A stretch of 64,000 nucleotides of DNA from Abyssibacter profundi (GTDB lineage Bacteria > Pseudomonadota > Gammaproteobacteria > Nevskiales > OUC007). A program made the translations under genes and the position numbers. This document shows, one piece after another, positions 28,470 to 37,622 of this stretch. Location of the stretch: positions 321,955 through 385,954 of the forward strand of contig NZ_QEQK01000005.1 of NCBI RefSeq assembly GCF_003151135.1, given 5' to 3'. Each line of letters begins with the position of its first letter. The stretch's first letter is position 1. Under the pieces are notes generated by a model. The model was given only the letters and a program-made list of their open reading frames with translations, searched no databases and was not told the origin of the DNA.

Positions 28470-29696
28470 TCACAACTCCAGAGGCGCACCCCGATAGGTA
28501 CGAACAGGGCTTTGCGGCGTTTCGACGGTTTGAGCTTGGTAGGTCACGACGCAGGTGACGGGCTGGCCGAAGACGCAGACTTCGGTGATGTTTTCAGCCT
28601 CGGCGCAGGCGACGACGGCGCCGATCACCGATTGTGCGATGGGGGTGGGGACGACGGTCTGGACCCAGCTGCGTTCGCGGTTCAGGCGTCGGCCCATTGC
28701 GACCTTGGACTCAGCCTCGACGAACCGGGCGGACAGGACATTGGCCCCGGTAGCCCCTGCGGCGACGGCCGCATCCAGCAAGGGTTGCATGTGTTGGCCG
28801 CTGGAGATGACGGTCACACGGGTATGGGGTTCAGCCCCCTGGGTGATCTCGGCGGCATCCAGGTCCACGCCTGCCGCATGGGCGCCGGTGCCCAGGCGCA
28901 CGACCTGTCGCCGCCGCCAGTCTGAATGCCCCAACAGCTCGTCGAGTGCTGCGATGACCTGCTGCATGTCGGCCGCGTGGTGGGGATGGCCCACGGTGGT
29001 GGCCAGGCTGACGATGCCTTTTTGCACGGGCATGCGGAATAGATAGCCACGGCCGGGCATGGTCAGTCGGCCGGCCTCGGTCATGGCCTGGACGACGGCG
29101 TCGGCATCGGCGTTGTCGACGATGACCAGCATGACTTCTTTGGTGCGCTTTTTGGTGATGCGCAGCCAGCCCAGGCGGTCCCGCAGGCCGCGACCCTCGC
29201 AGTAGTACACCACCGGGCCGTGAGCGCCGGCACGCATCGCAGCCCTGGCCACAGTGTCGGTGTGTTCCGGCTGCAGAATGCAGGCGATGGCCGCGAGGTT
29301 TTCGCGCAGGCCAATGGAGGCGTCATCGCCGGTTTCCCCTGCCTCCAGGCCCTCCCAGATCGGGAAGTCCGGCGTGTGGATCACATCGTCGCAGGGCACG
29401 GAGTACACCGCGCCGGAACCCGGATAGCGCAGGCCGGCCTGGTCGGCGATATCTCGGATGACGCTATCGACCTGAGCATCCGGCACCAGAAACTGGAGGA
29501 TCTCCTTTTCCGGGCTGATCAGCGGCAGAAACCGCTGCAACCATTGCTGACGGATGAGGGTGCCACGGGCGTTGGTCACAAAGGCGTTGCGCTCCCCTGC
29601 GGCAAACAGCCGTTCGATCACCGGCTTGACCGATGATGGCGGCAGGATGGCCGTGACCAGCGAAACCTTGTGCAGAATTTCAAAATGCTGGCTCAT
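28470..29696 (-). CDS. Single-chain triple PII (GlnB)-like domain protein
   Basis: Three internal repeats of about 105 aa, each with the PII beta-alpha-beta/T-loop/beta-alpha-beta pattern. For example KVSLVTAILPPSSVKPVIERLFAAGERNAFVTNARG ... GLRYPGSGAVYSVPCDDV. A ~60-aa linker lies before repeat 3. ATGA-type overlap with the upstream DUF1538 gene. Confidence 0.6.
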   Translation of the reverse strand: MSQHFEILHKVSLVTAILPPSSVKPVIERLFAAGERNAFVTNARGTLIRQQWLQRFLPLISPEKEILQFLVPDAQVDSVIRDIADQAGLRYPGSGAVYSVPCDDVIHTPDFPIWEGLEAGETGDDASIGLRENLAAIACILQPEHTDTVARAAMRAGAHGPVVYYCEGRGLRDRLGWLRITKKRTKEVMLVIVDNADADAVVQAMTEAGRLTMPGRGYLFRMPVQKGIVSLATTVGHPHHAADMQQVIAALDELLGHSDWRRRQVVRLGTGAHAAGVDLDAAEITQGAEPHTRVTVISSGQHMQPLLDAAVAAGATGANVLSARFVEAESKVAMGRRLNRERSWVQTVVPTPIAQSVIGAVVACAEAENITEVCVFGQPVTCVVTYQAQTVETPQSPVRTYRGAPLEL

Positions 29697-31561
29697 GCGA
29701 CCCCCAATTCGGGGTTATTGCGGGCGCGCGACACCACCCGGCCGACCAGCAAGACGGTGATGATCGGCCCGACCGAGGCCAGCGCCAGCACGCCGAAGCC
29801 GTCGATGACACCGGGCACGTTGCTGCCGATGCCCAGGCCCATGGCCAGCACCAGCGGCACGGTGATGGGGCCGGTGGTCACCCCGGCGCTATCCCAGCCG
29901 AAGTTCACGAACTCCTCGGAGGAGATCGCCGTCAGCAGCAAGAGCAACAGATAGGGCGGAATCAGCAGGTATTCCAGTGGGATGTTGAAGGCGATCTTGA
30001 TCACGCCGACAGCGATCCCGGCGCCGACGCCGAGGGCCACCGACTGCATGAGCAGCGATTTGCGAAAGGCGCCGATGGTGATCTTTTCGACGGTCTCGCC
30101 CAGGGCGTTGAGCGCCGGTTCGGCCAGCGTGGCGCCGTAGCCGAGGAAGAATCCGAAGATGGCCGCCACGATCTTGCCCGTGGTCGCCGAGTCGAACAGC
30201 GGCTGCTGCAAGCCCTCTGCGCCCCAGGGCACTAACGTGGCGAAGCTGAGCGGCACATTGCTGCCAAGCTGGGCGCCCAGCGGGGTCAGGCCCAGCGTGA
30301 TGCCCAGCATGAACAGGCTCATGCCGACGACGGAGAAGCCGATGCCGATGAAGATTTCGTCGCGGTTACGCAACCGCTCCGGCAAGACCAGGCGTAGGGT
30401 GATGAGCAGGAACAGGCACAAGGGCACGATGGCGCGCAGGGCCGCGGCCAGACCGTCGCGCAGCTCGTCCAGAAACTCCACCGAAGGGTCCCACACCGCC
30501 TGCGAGACCACCTTGGATTGCAGCTTGGGCTGCTTTTCCAAAATCAGCGTGGCCTCGTCCATGACAATGCGGCCATCCACGAGCTGCGGGTCGCCACCTG
30601 CGAACTTCAGCGTGTAGTCGTCCGGTGGCGTGCCGGTTTGCAGAAAGCGATCAAAATCGTCGACATCAAACCCATCGGGCCGATTGCGGGGCGTGGTGTC
30701 TGATGCCGCCTGCCGGTCGGCGACGGCGGCGGGCTCACCGGCGTAATGGGGCTGGCCGTAGTAATCCTGCTGCTGAACATGCCACAACCCCAGCATCAGA
30801 ACCGCCAGCACGGGGAACAGCGAGGCCAGCGTGACGATGCCGAAGCCGGCATTACCGGCATCGCCATCACCGACAATGCGGCAGACCCCAATGCCCAGCG
30901 CTAGCACCAGCGGGACGGTGACCGGCCCGGTGGTAACGGCACCGCAGTCCCAGGCCAGGCCCAGCACCGGCTGCAGGGCATCGTGATGATGCGCGTAGAG
31001 CGTGAGCGCGCATAACCCACCCACCAGCGGCAGGATGAACCACTTGAGCGACCAGCCGAGAAAGAAGCGCAGAATGCCCAGCAGCACCGCCACGCCCACG
31101 CCAATGCCGACCACCATGACCAGCTGGTTGGCGAAATCATTGAGCAGTGAGTAGAGCAGGGGCGCTTGCTCCGGCTGCACCCCGGCGCCCGCGCTGCGCA
31201 GGACGGCGATGGCCGGTTCGGCAAAGGTGGCGCCGACCCCCAGCAAGAAGGCAAAGCCGAGAATAATGGGCAGCGACGAATTACGCGGCAGCACTGCGCC
31301 GATCGTTTCGCCTAGCGGCATTAACCCCAGCCGCAGGCCTTCCATGAAAAACATCAGGCCGATGGCCACGATGCCGATGCCGGCGCCAATCATCAGGGCG
31401 TGCACGATGGGCAGGCCCAGCACCAGAATCTGGAACAACAGCAGATAGGCCACGATGAACCAGATTGCGCGCAGCTGTTCCTTCAGGTTTTCCAGCACAT
31501 AGGGCGTCAGAATCTTCAGCGTGTCGCCAAAGCTCAGTCGAACGCGTTCTGTCGCTGTCAT
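29693..31561 (-). CDS. Membrane protein with two fused DUF1538 domains (putative transporter)
   Basis: 622 aa. Two homologous halves, each about 6 TM with a GxGxG-rich loop (AIAVLRSAGAGVQPE / AEPALNALGETVEKI). A soluble ~110-aa linker carries the GDGDAGNAG and QQQDYYGQPHY segments. Confidence 0.6.
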   Translation of the reverse strand: MTATERVRLSFGDTLKILTPYVLENLKEQLRAIWFIVAYLLLFQILVLGLPIVHALMIGAGIGIVAIGLMFFMEGLRLGLMPLGETIGAVLPRNSSLPIILGFAFLLGVGATFAEPAIAVLRSAGAGVQPEQAPLLYSLLNDFANQLVMVVGIGVGVAVLLGILRFFLGWSLKWFILPLVGGLCALTLYAHHHDALQPVLGLAWDCGAVTTGPVTVPLVLALGIGVCRIVGDGDAGNAGFGIVTLASLFPVLAVLMLGLWHVQQQDYYGQPHYAGEPAAVADRQAASDTTPRNRPDGFDVDDFDRFLQTGTPPDDYTLKFAGGDPQLVDGRIVMDEATLILEKQPKLQSKVVSQAVWDPSVEFLDELRDGLAAALRAIVPLCLFLLITLRLVLPERLRNRDEIFIGIGFSVVGMSLFMLGITLGLTPLGAQLGSNVPLSFATLVPWGAEGLQQPLFDSATTGKIVAAIFGFFLGYGATLAEPALNALGETVEKITIGAFRKSLLMQSVALGVGAGIAVGVIKIAFNIPLEYLLIPPYLLLLLLTAISSEEFVNFGWDSAGVTTGPITVPLVLAMGLGIGSNVPGVIDGFGVLALASVGPIITVLLVGRVVSRARNNPELGVA

Positions 31562-31573
31562 GCGCAGTTGCTC

Positions 31574-32428
31574 CTAACGGCCGGTGGGGACAACCGGCGT
31601 TGCGGCGCCGCCGCCGGCTCCGATGATCACCGAGACTTTCTCCTTGGTCTTGACCACCTCGACCATCTCTTTCTGAATTTCCAGACTGCGATAGGTCAGG
31701 AACTGATCGGGATTCAGGCCAAAGGCTTCGGCGTAGGCCTTGTCGGCCAGGGCCTTGTTCTTCTCGGCGTCGGCGCGCGACAGCTCTGCCCGGGCCCGGG
31801 CAATTTCGGTGCGTGTGCGCTGCTCCTGTGCGGCCGTGCGTGCGGTTTCCTCCAAGACCACCGGCGGAGGTGTTACGCCACCGATCACCACGCGATTAAT
31901 GCGTACGGGCAGCGATTCCTCCTGCACGTAGTCGCGAATGGTTTCCAGAATGGCGACCTCGCCCTGTGAGGTCACGGTGGGGTCGGTGGTCAGGTCGAAT
32001 ACCCGCTGGCCGCGAGCAAAATCGCGCAGCGCCGTGCGGAAGACTTCCTGCACCTTGGTCCGGTACCACTTGGGGCCGAAGCGTTCGTGAACAACCGGGG
32101 TTTGCCCGGCTTCCAGCTGCACCAACAGGTAGGCCCGAAAATCCACCGGTACGTTGTCCGCCGTCACCAGGTCATCGAACTTTTCGTTGAACTGCTGGGG
32201 GCGGATGTCGTACTCGACCAGGTGGGATGTCCACCAGAGCCAGTGCGTGCCGGTGGCGCGTGGCTGCGGCTCAACGCCGGGTGTGCCGAAGAACCAGGGC
32301 TGATCGACCTGCACCCCCTCATGGCCGGCATCCACGGACTCGGGGCCGTAGATGCAGCCCGTACTCCCCAGCAGCATCAGCACCATGGCCCCCCATGTGC
32401 CGCTGCGTCCACTCAAGATTGCCCGCAT
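31574..32428 (-). CDS. SPFH/band-7 (stomatin/prohibitin-like) domain lipoprotein
   Basis: Lipobox LLGSTGC. SPFH core (FDLTTDPTVTSQGEVAILETIRDYV) followed by a coiled-coil Ala/Glu-rich segment (ETARTAAQEQRTRTEIARARAELSRADAE). Confidence 0.75.
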   Translation of the reverse strand: MRAILSGRSGTWGAMVLMLLGSTGCIYGPESVDAGHEGVQVDQPWFFGTPGVEPQPRATGTHWLWWTSHLVEYDIRPQQFNEKFDDLVTADNVPVDFRAYLLVQLEAGQTPVVHERFGPKWYRTKVQEVFRTALRDFARGQRVFDLTTDPTVTSQGEVAILETIRDYVQEESLPVRINRVVIGGVTPPPVVLEETARTAAQEQRTRTEIARARAELSRADAEKNKALADKAYAEAFGLNPDQFLTYRSLEIQKEMVEVVKTKEKVSVIIGAGGGAATPVVPTGR

Positions 32429-32501
32429 GTTGCTCTCCCTGGTGATGCCCTGATTATGGGTGCATCACCAACTGCAAGAACAGGTCTGGGGCGATCGCGG
32501 G

Positions 32502-33047
32502 TCAGTCTCCCGTACAGAATTCGTGGATCTGATAGGTGATGTCACCCGTTGAAGTGGACTGTGTGTGCGCCAGCTCGGCTGCGTCGAAGGCCGAGGTGGT
32601 CTCCAAAAAGTATTGATCGCGAGCCAGTCCTCCACCGCGCACACCATTAATGCCGGTGAGTTGCCGGCTGTCGCCCGTGGCGGTGCCATCGAGGTAGGTC
32701 CTCAGCTCCACGGTGTGACTGGTGGCCTCACCGTCAAACACCGATTCGGCGAACACGCTCAAGCGCGTGCCGGCCGCATAGACCACCCCATCCTGAGCAA
32801 TTGCACGCAGGTGCGTGGTGCCGGAGCCGGCCGTTTCGACGACCAGCGTCGCCGCACTGGCGAGGTTGCCATCAATGGCCAGACGGGGATTTGAGGCGGT
32901 GCAACCGGTGCAGGTGCCGGGTGCATCCACCTGGGTGGCCCCACCCGCAATCGCGTTGCAGGTGGGGGTTCCATCCGAACTGCCGGAGCAGCCGGCCATG
33001 ATGAGTGTCAGTGCGGTGATTCCGGCGGGCATCCAGCGTGGGGTCAT
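32502..33047 (-). CDS. Hypothetical lipoprotein
   Basis: Lipobox LIMAGCSG. Gly/Thr-rich, no recognisable motifs. Lies 73 nt upstream of the SPFH gene on the same strand. Confidence 0.5.
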   Translation of the reverse strand: MTPRWMPAGITALTLIMAGCSGSSDGTPTCNAIAGGATQVDAPGTCTGCTASNPRLAIDGNLASAATLVVETAGSGTTHLRAIAQDGVVYAAGTRLSVFAESVFDGEATSHTVELRTYLDGTATGDSRQLTGINGVRGGGLARDQYFLETTSAFDAAELAHTQSTSTGDITYQIHEFCTGD

Positions 33048-33167
33048 GTGGTGTCTCCTCTCGTCCTGCAGAGAGAGTACGGAGTGTGACGGCTAATCCG
33101 GACACCCAGCCGGATCCCTGGCGGGGGGGCTGCATTTCGCCTGGAGGTTGGCGCGGACAACTGAGGT

Positions 33168-34928
33168 TCAGGGAGCCAACGGCGGCGGGTCGGCCGGGCC
33201 CGATGACGGCAGGGTGGCCGGCGTCAGGCGTTGGCTGCCGGCGACCGACTGCAGCATGACCGGGTCCATGGATTCGGCAATCGTCGGAGTTTGCACGGTG
33301 GAGTAGTACCACTCGCTTTGCACCCGCTCGGCCGTAAAGTCCATGAGCATGTAGCCGAGGTTGGTTTCGTTGGCGTGTTTCATGTGCGGGTTGAAGCCCG
33401 AGGTCATCAGGCCGGTCCAGACCGGGACCGGCACCTGGGCCACGCCCCCACAGCACAGCTCCACACCCAGGCTGCCGTCGCCAGTCAGCGGGTTGTAGCT
33501 GGCCGTGTCGTTGGGATCGCGCGGCAGATCGCAGGCAATCACCGCATGGATGTCGCCGAAGATGAATACGCTGTTCTCGATGCCGTTGGCTTCGATGGTG
33601 TCGTACACGGCCTCGCGGTCGAAACGGTAGCCATCCCAGGCATCGGCATTGACGTAGCAGGGGTCTGTCGCAGGTGCGCTTGTCGTGCAGCCCGTCAGCG
33701 GGTTGGCCGGGCCTGCGTTCAGGGGGGCGAAGGTCGTGCCGTTGCCAATGATCTTCCAGGTGGCGGTACTGGCTGCCAGTTCCTGCAGAAACCACTCGCG
33801 CTGCTCGGCCCCGAGAATGGTTTGCGCCTCATCTAGCACGAACTCCGGATTTTCGGCCACGCGCCCGGACAGCCGCGTATCGAGCATGAAGATATCGATC
33901 ATCTCGCCGTAGGGAATCTTGCGCCAGATGCGGCCCAGGCCGTTCGGGTCATAGCCGGTCTGGCCTGTTTCCAGTGCGGGCTCGCCATCGGCAGGCGCGT
34001 CGAACCCGGTGCCGTTCTCCCGGATCGGCATCCATTCGAAGTAGGCACGGATGGCCCAGCCCATGCGCTCGGCCCAGTAGCCCTCGCCGGGTGCATCGGG
34101 GTCGTCCGGATCGCCTTCGGTGTGGTTGGAGGCACCGGTGGAGTAGCTGTTGTTGGTTGTTTCGTGGTCATCCCAGGTGGTGATCCAGGGATGCTGGCGG
34201 TGGGCCTCCTGTAGATCCGGATCGGTCTTGTACTGGGCGTGGCGCTGGCGGTAATCGGCCAGGCTGATGATCTCGTAGTCGGGCTCATGGGCACGCACCT
34301 GCGAGCCGCCGCCTTCGTAGATGTAGTCGCCAAGGTGGATGAACAGGTCCAGATCGGCGCGCTCGCCGACGCGGCCAAAGGCGTTGAAGTAACCAAAGGT
34401 GTAGCTGTTGCAGGCGGCAGAGGCAATGCGTACCTGCGAAACATCATCGCTGCGAGAGGGCGCGGTCTTGGTGCGGCCGATTGGCGATTGCACCACGCTG
34501 CCATCGGGCTGGGTCACCGAGAACTGGTAGTAGTACGTCGTGTAGCTGGCCAGCCCGGTGGGGTCCACCTTGACGGTGTAGTCACGGTCGGCTCCGGTGA
34601 TGAAGCGGCCCGTTTTCACGGTGTCGGTCATCTCGGGCGTGGTCGACAGCACCCAATCCACCGAAATGTCGGCTGCCGTGGGCTCTGCCGGGGTGACGCG
34701 TGTCCACAGAATGACCCGGTCGGTCCGCGGGTCTCCGCTGGCAACACCGTGTAGGAACGCCAGAGTGGTTGAGGCTGGAGCCGGACCCGATGAGCTGGAT
34801 GAACAACCGGCGCCGGCACCCATGGCAAAGGCGCCCAACGAAGCGCCACCAAAGCGCTTAAGAAACGTGCGTCGATTAATCGGCAGGCGGGGAATGGCGC
34901 GAAAACGCCGGCGGTGAAAGTCGCTCAT
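33168..34928 (-). CDS. PhoD family alkaline phosphatase/phosphodiesterase with a Tat signal
   Basis: Twin-arginine motif NRRTFLKRFGGASLGAFA. PhoD-like metallophosphatase blocks (GDYIYEGG, WDDHETTNN). Start at ATG 34928; the alternative is 34997. Confidence 0.8.
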   Translation of the reverse strand: MSDFHRRRFRAIPRLPINRRTFLKRFGGASLGAFAMGAGAGCSSSSSGPAPASTTLAFLHGVASGDPRTDRVILWTRVTPAEPTAADISVDWVLSTTPEMTDTVKTGRFITGADRDYTVKVDPTGLASYTTYYYQFSVTQPDGSVVQSPIGRTKTAPSRSDDVSQVRIASAACNSYTFGYFNAFGRVGERADLDLFIHLGDYIYEGGGSQVRAHEPDYEIISLADYRQRHAQYKTDPDLQEAHRQHPWITTWDDHETTNNSYSTGASNHTEGDPDDPDAPGEGYWAERMGWAIRAYFEWMPIRENGTGFDAPADGEPALETGQTGYDPNGLGRIWRKIPYGEMIDIFMLDTRLSGRVAENPEFVLDEAQTILGAEQREWFLQELAASTATWKIIGNGTTFAPLNAGPANPLTGCTTSAPATDPCYVNADAWDGYRFDREAVYDTIEANGIENSVFIFGDIHAVIACDLPRDPNDTASYNPLTGDGSLGVELCCGGVAQVPVPVWTGLMTSGFNPHMKHANETNLGYMLMDFTAERVQSEWYYSTVQTPTIAESMDPVMLQSVAGSQRLTPATLPSSGPADPPPLAP

Positions 34929-35042
34929 GAGTGGTCGGTGCTGAGGCCAAGGTTGGGAATCATATCCCGTGCCTGTTGCCGTCGGATGACGGTGCATCGG
35001 CGTCGGATTGCCTTGAAGTGATAATTCTAAAATAATGGAACT

Positions 35043-35375
35043 ATGAATGAATCAACCGCTACGCAACGTCTCGCCTCGCTGGCGCAGGACACCCGGCTGA
35101 CCATTTTTCGCACGCTGGTTCAGGCCGGGCCGCAAGGCCTGAATCCCGGGGTGCTGGCCGAACGATTGGGCATTGCCCAGGCCACGCTGTCCTTTCATCT
35201 CAAGGAGCTGCGGCATGCCGAGATGATCGTGTCCCGGCAGCAGGGGCGGTTCATTTTCTACTCCGCCAATTTCGGAGCGATGAACGAATTACTGAGCTAC
35301 CTCACGGAAAACTGCTGCGCCAGCAGCGACGAGGATTGCGTGACCGTGCCCTGCTGCGAGGAGGCCCTGCCATGA
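35043..35375 (+). CDS. arsR: ArsR/SmtB family metalloregulatory transcriptional repressor
   Basis: HTH segment LAERLGIAQATLSFHLKELRHAEMI. C-terminal Cys cluster CCASSDEDCVTVPCC. First gene of the ars operon. Confidence 0.85.
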   Translation: MNESTATQRLASLAQDTRLTIFRTLVQAGPQGLNPGVLAERLGIAQATLSFHLKELRHAEMIVSRQQGRFIFYSANFGAMNELLSYLTENCCASSDEDCVTVPCCEEALP

Positions 35376-36454
35376 CCGCGGCGCAAGCACCGTCCACCCC
35401 GGAGGCATCGACGAACGTGACGGGCATGTCGATGTTCGAGCGCTATCTCACCGTCTGGGTCGCTGCCTGCATTGTGGTCGGGATCGGCCTCGGACACTTC
35501 GTCCCCGGTGTGGCGCAGACGCTGGGCGAGCTCGAGGTCGCACAGGTCAACCTGCCGGTGGCGGGGCTGATCTGGTTAATGATTATTCCGATGCTGGTGA
35601 AGATCGACTTCGCTGCGCTGTCGCAGGTGCGCCAGCACTGGCGGGGCATCGGCATCACGCTGTTGGTGAACTGGGCGGTGAAGCCGTTTTCGATGGCTTT
35701 TCTGGGCTGGCTGTTCATCGGCGTTCTGTTTCGGGATTGGCTGCCGGCCGAGCAGATCGATTCCTACCTTGCGGGCTTGATCCTGCTGGCCGCCGCGCCC
35801 TGTACGGCCATGGTGTTCGTCTGGAGCAATCTCACCAAGGGTGAGCCGCATTTCACGCTGAGTCAGGTCGCGCTGAACGATGTGATCATGGTGTTTGCAT
35901 TCGCGCCGCTGGTGGGGCTGCTGCTCGGGCTGGCGTCGATTACCGTGCCCTGGGATACGCTGCTGCTGTCGGTTGGCCTCTACATCATGGTGCCGGTGCT
36001 GTTGGCCCAGTGGATTCGCCGCAAGTTACTGGCGCGAGGAGGGCAGGCCAGCCTCGATTCGGCGCTGGCTGTGTTGCAGCCGCTGTCGATTGTTGCCCTG
36101 TTGGCCACGCTGGTGCTGCTGTTCGCATTTCAGGGCGAGCAAATCGTGCGTCAGCCGCTGGTCATCGCCTTGCTGGCCGTGCCCATTCTGATCCAGGTCT
36201 ATTTCATTGCCGGGCTGGCCTATGGGCTGAACCGTTGGAGCGGAGAGGCCCATTGCGTGGCGGCGCCATCGGCCCTGATTGGCGCCAGCAATTTCTTCGA
36301 GCTGGCGGTGGCGACGGCCATTGTGTTGTTCGGGCTGGAGTCCGGTGCCGCACTGGCCACGGTGGTGGGCGTGCTGATCGAGGTTCCCGTGATGCTCTCG
36401 GTCGTGCGCATCTTCAATGCGACCAAGCCTTGGTACGAGCGAGGCCTGATATGA
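35372..36454 (+). CDS. acr3: ACR3 family arsenite efflux permease
   Basis: ATGA overlap with arsR. About 10 TM. ACR3 signatures MSMFERYLTVWV and LIWLMIIPMLVKIDF. Confidence 0.85.
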   Translation: MTAAQAPSTPEASTNVTGMSMFERYLTVWVAACIVVGIGLGHFVPGVAQTLGELEVAQVNLPVAGLIWLMIIPMLVKIDFAALSQVRQHWRGIGITLLVNWAVKPFSMAFLGWLFIGVLFRDWLPAEQIDSYLAGLILLAAAPCTAMVFVWSNLTKGEPHFTLSQVALNDVIMVFAFAPLVGLLLGLASITVPWDTLLLSVGLYIMVPVLLAQWIRRKLLARGGQASLDSALAVLQPLSIVALLATLVLLFAFQGEQIVRQPLVIALLAVPILIQVYFIAGLAYGLNRWSGEAHCVAAPSALIGASNFFELAVATAIVLFGLESGAALATVVGVLIEVPVMLSVVRIFNATKPWYERGLI

Positions 36455-36909
36455 AAATTCTGTACATCTGCACCCACAACCGCTGCCGCAGCATTCTGTC
36501 TGAGGCGGTCACAAACCATCGGGCCGGCGAACACATCACCGCTCGCAGCGCGGGCAGCCAACCCGCCGGCGCGGTGCACCCGCTGTCGCTGCGCTATCTC
36601 GATGAAGCGGGGTATCCGACCGCGGGCTTGCGTAGCCAGTCGTGGGACGAGTTCGAAGACTTTGCACCGGACGTTGTCATCACGCTTTGCGATTCTGCGG
36701 CGGGCGAGGCCTGCCCGGTCTGGTTCGGTCAGGCCATCAAGCTGCATTGGGGGCTGAGCGACCCGTCCAAGCTGGAGCCCGAACAGGCCGCCGATGCGTT
36801 CCGCCAGACCATTGCCCAGATCGAGGCGCGGGTGGATGCGCTGACCCGGATCGCCCACACGGACCGCGGTCTGTGGCCGGCCGCACTCAAGGAGCTGACC
36901 GCAGCATGA
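36451..36909 (+). CDS. arsC: Arsenate reductase (LMW-PTP type, thioredoxin-coupled)
   Basis: ATGA overlap with acr3. P-loop CTHNRCRS (CX5R). Confidence 0.85.
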   Translation: MKILYICTHNRCRSILSEAVTNHRAGEHITARSAGSQPAGAVHPLSLRYLDEAGYPTAGLRSQSWDEFEDFAPDVVITLCDSAAGEACPVWFGQAIKLHWGLSDPSKLEPEQAADAFRQTIAQIEARVDALTRIAHTDRGLWPAALKELTAA

Positions 36910-37622
36910 ACCCCACCGATGACATGCCGGCGCTGGACGCCGAGCAATTCGCCAAGCCCGAGGCCGAGCGCTTCAGCCGAACCCACTCGCAGCATGCGCC
37001 GCGCATCCTGTTGCTCTATGGCTCGCTGCGCAAACGCTCGTTCAGTCGTCTGGTGATCGAGGAGTCCGCCCGGCTGCTGGAACGCATGGGCGCGGAGGTC
37101 CGCATCTTCAACCCGCAGGGGCTGCCGCTGCCCGATAGTTGCGAAGCCGATCACCCCAAGGTGGCCGAGCTGCGCGAGCTGGTGACCTGGTCCGAAGGCC
37201 AGGTCTGGTGCTCCCCCGAACGACACGGGTCGATGACCGGGATCATGAAGGCGCAGATCGACTGGATTCCGCTGTCATTGGGGGCGGTGCGGCCCACCCA
37301 GGGCAAGACGCTGGCGGTGATGCAGGTCTGCGGTGGTTCGCAGTCCTTTAATGCGGTGAACCAGCTCCGGGTGCTGGGTCGCTGGATGCGGATGATCACC
37401 ATTCCGAACCAGTCCTCCGTGCCCAAGGCGTTTCTGGAGTTCGGTGACGACGACCGCATGAAGCCCTCGGGCTACTACAACCGCATCGTCGATGTCATGG
37501 AGGAGCTGGTGAAGTTCACGCTGCTGACGCGGGACAACAGCGACTATCTCACCGACCGCTACTCCGAGCGGGTGGAAAGTGCCGAGGCGCTGATGAAGCG
37601 CGTCAACCAGCGCGCGCTGTAG
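36906..37622 (+). CDS. arsH: ArsH, NADPH-dependent FMN reductase
   Basis: ATGA overlap with ars[16 protein letters not shown] flavodoxin-like motif typical of ArsH. Confidence 0.85.
   Translation: MNPTDDMPALDAEQFAKPEAERFSRTHSQHAPRILLLYGSLRKRSFSRLVIEESARLLERMGAEVRIFNPQGLPLPDSCEADHPKVAELRELVTWSEGQVWCSPERHGSMTGIMKAQIDWIPLSLGAVRPTQGKTLAVMQVCGGSQSFNAVNQLRVLGRWMRMITIPNQSSVPKAFLEFGDDDRMKPSGYYNRIVDVMEELVKFTLLTRDNSDYLTDRYSERVESAEALMKRVNQRAL

Noticed and set aside
36010-37622. Long plus-strand ORFs 36010-36909 and 36642-37622.
   Set aside because: These are artefacts of upstream alt-start extension. The real arsC and arsH start at internal ATGs (36451, 36906) that overlap the preceding stop by ATGA. 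The extended N-termini are Arg/Ala-rich nonsense.
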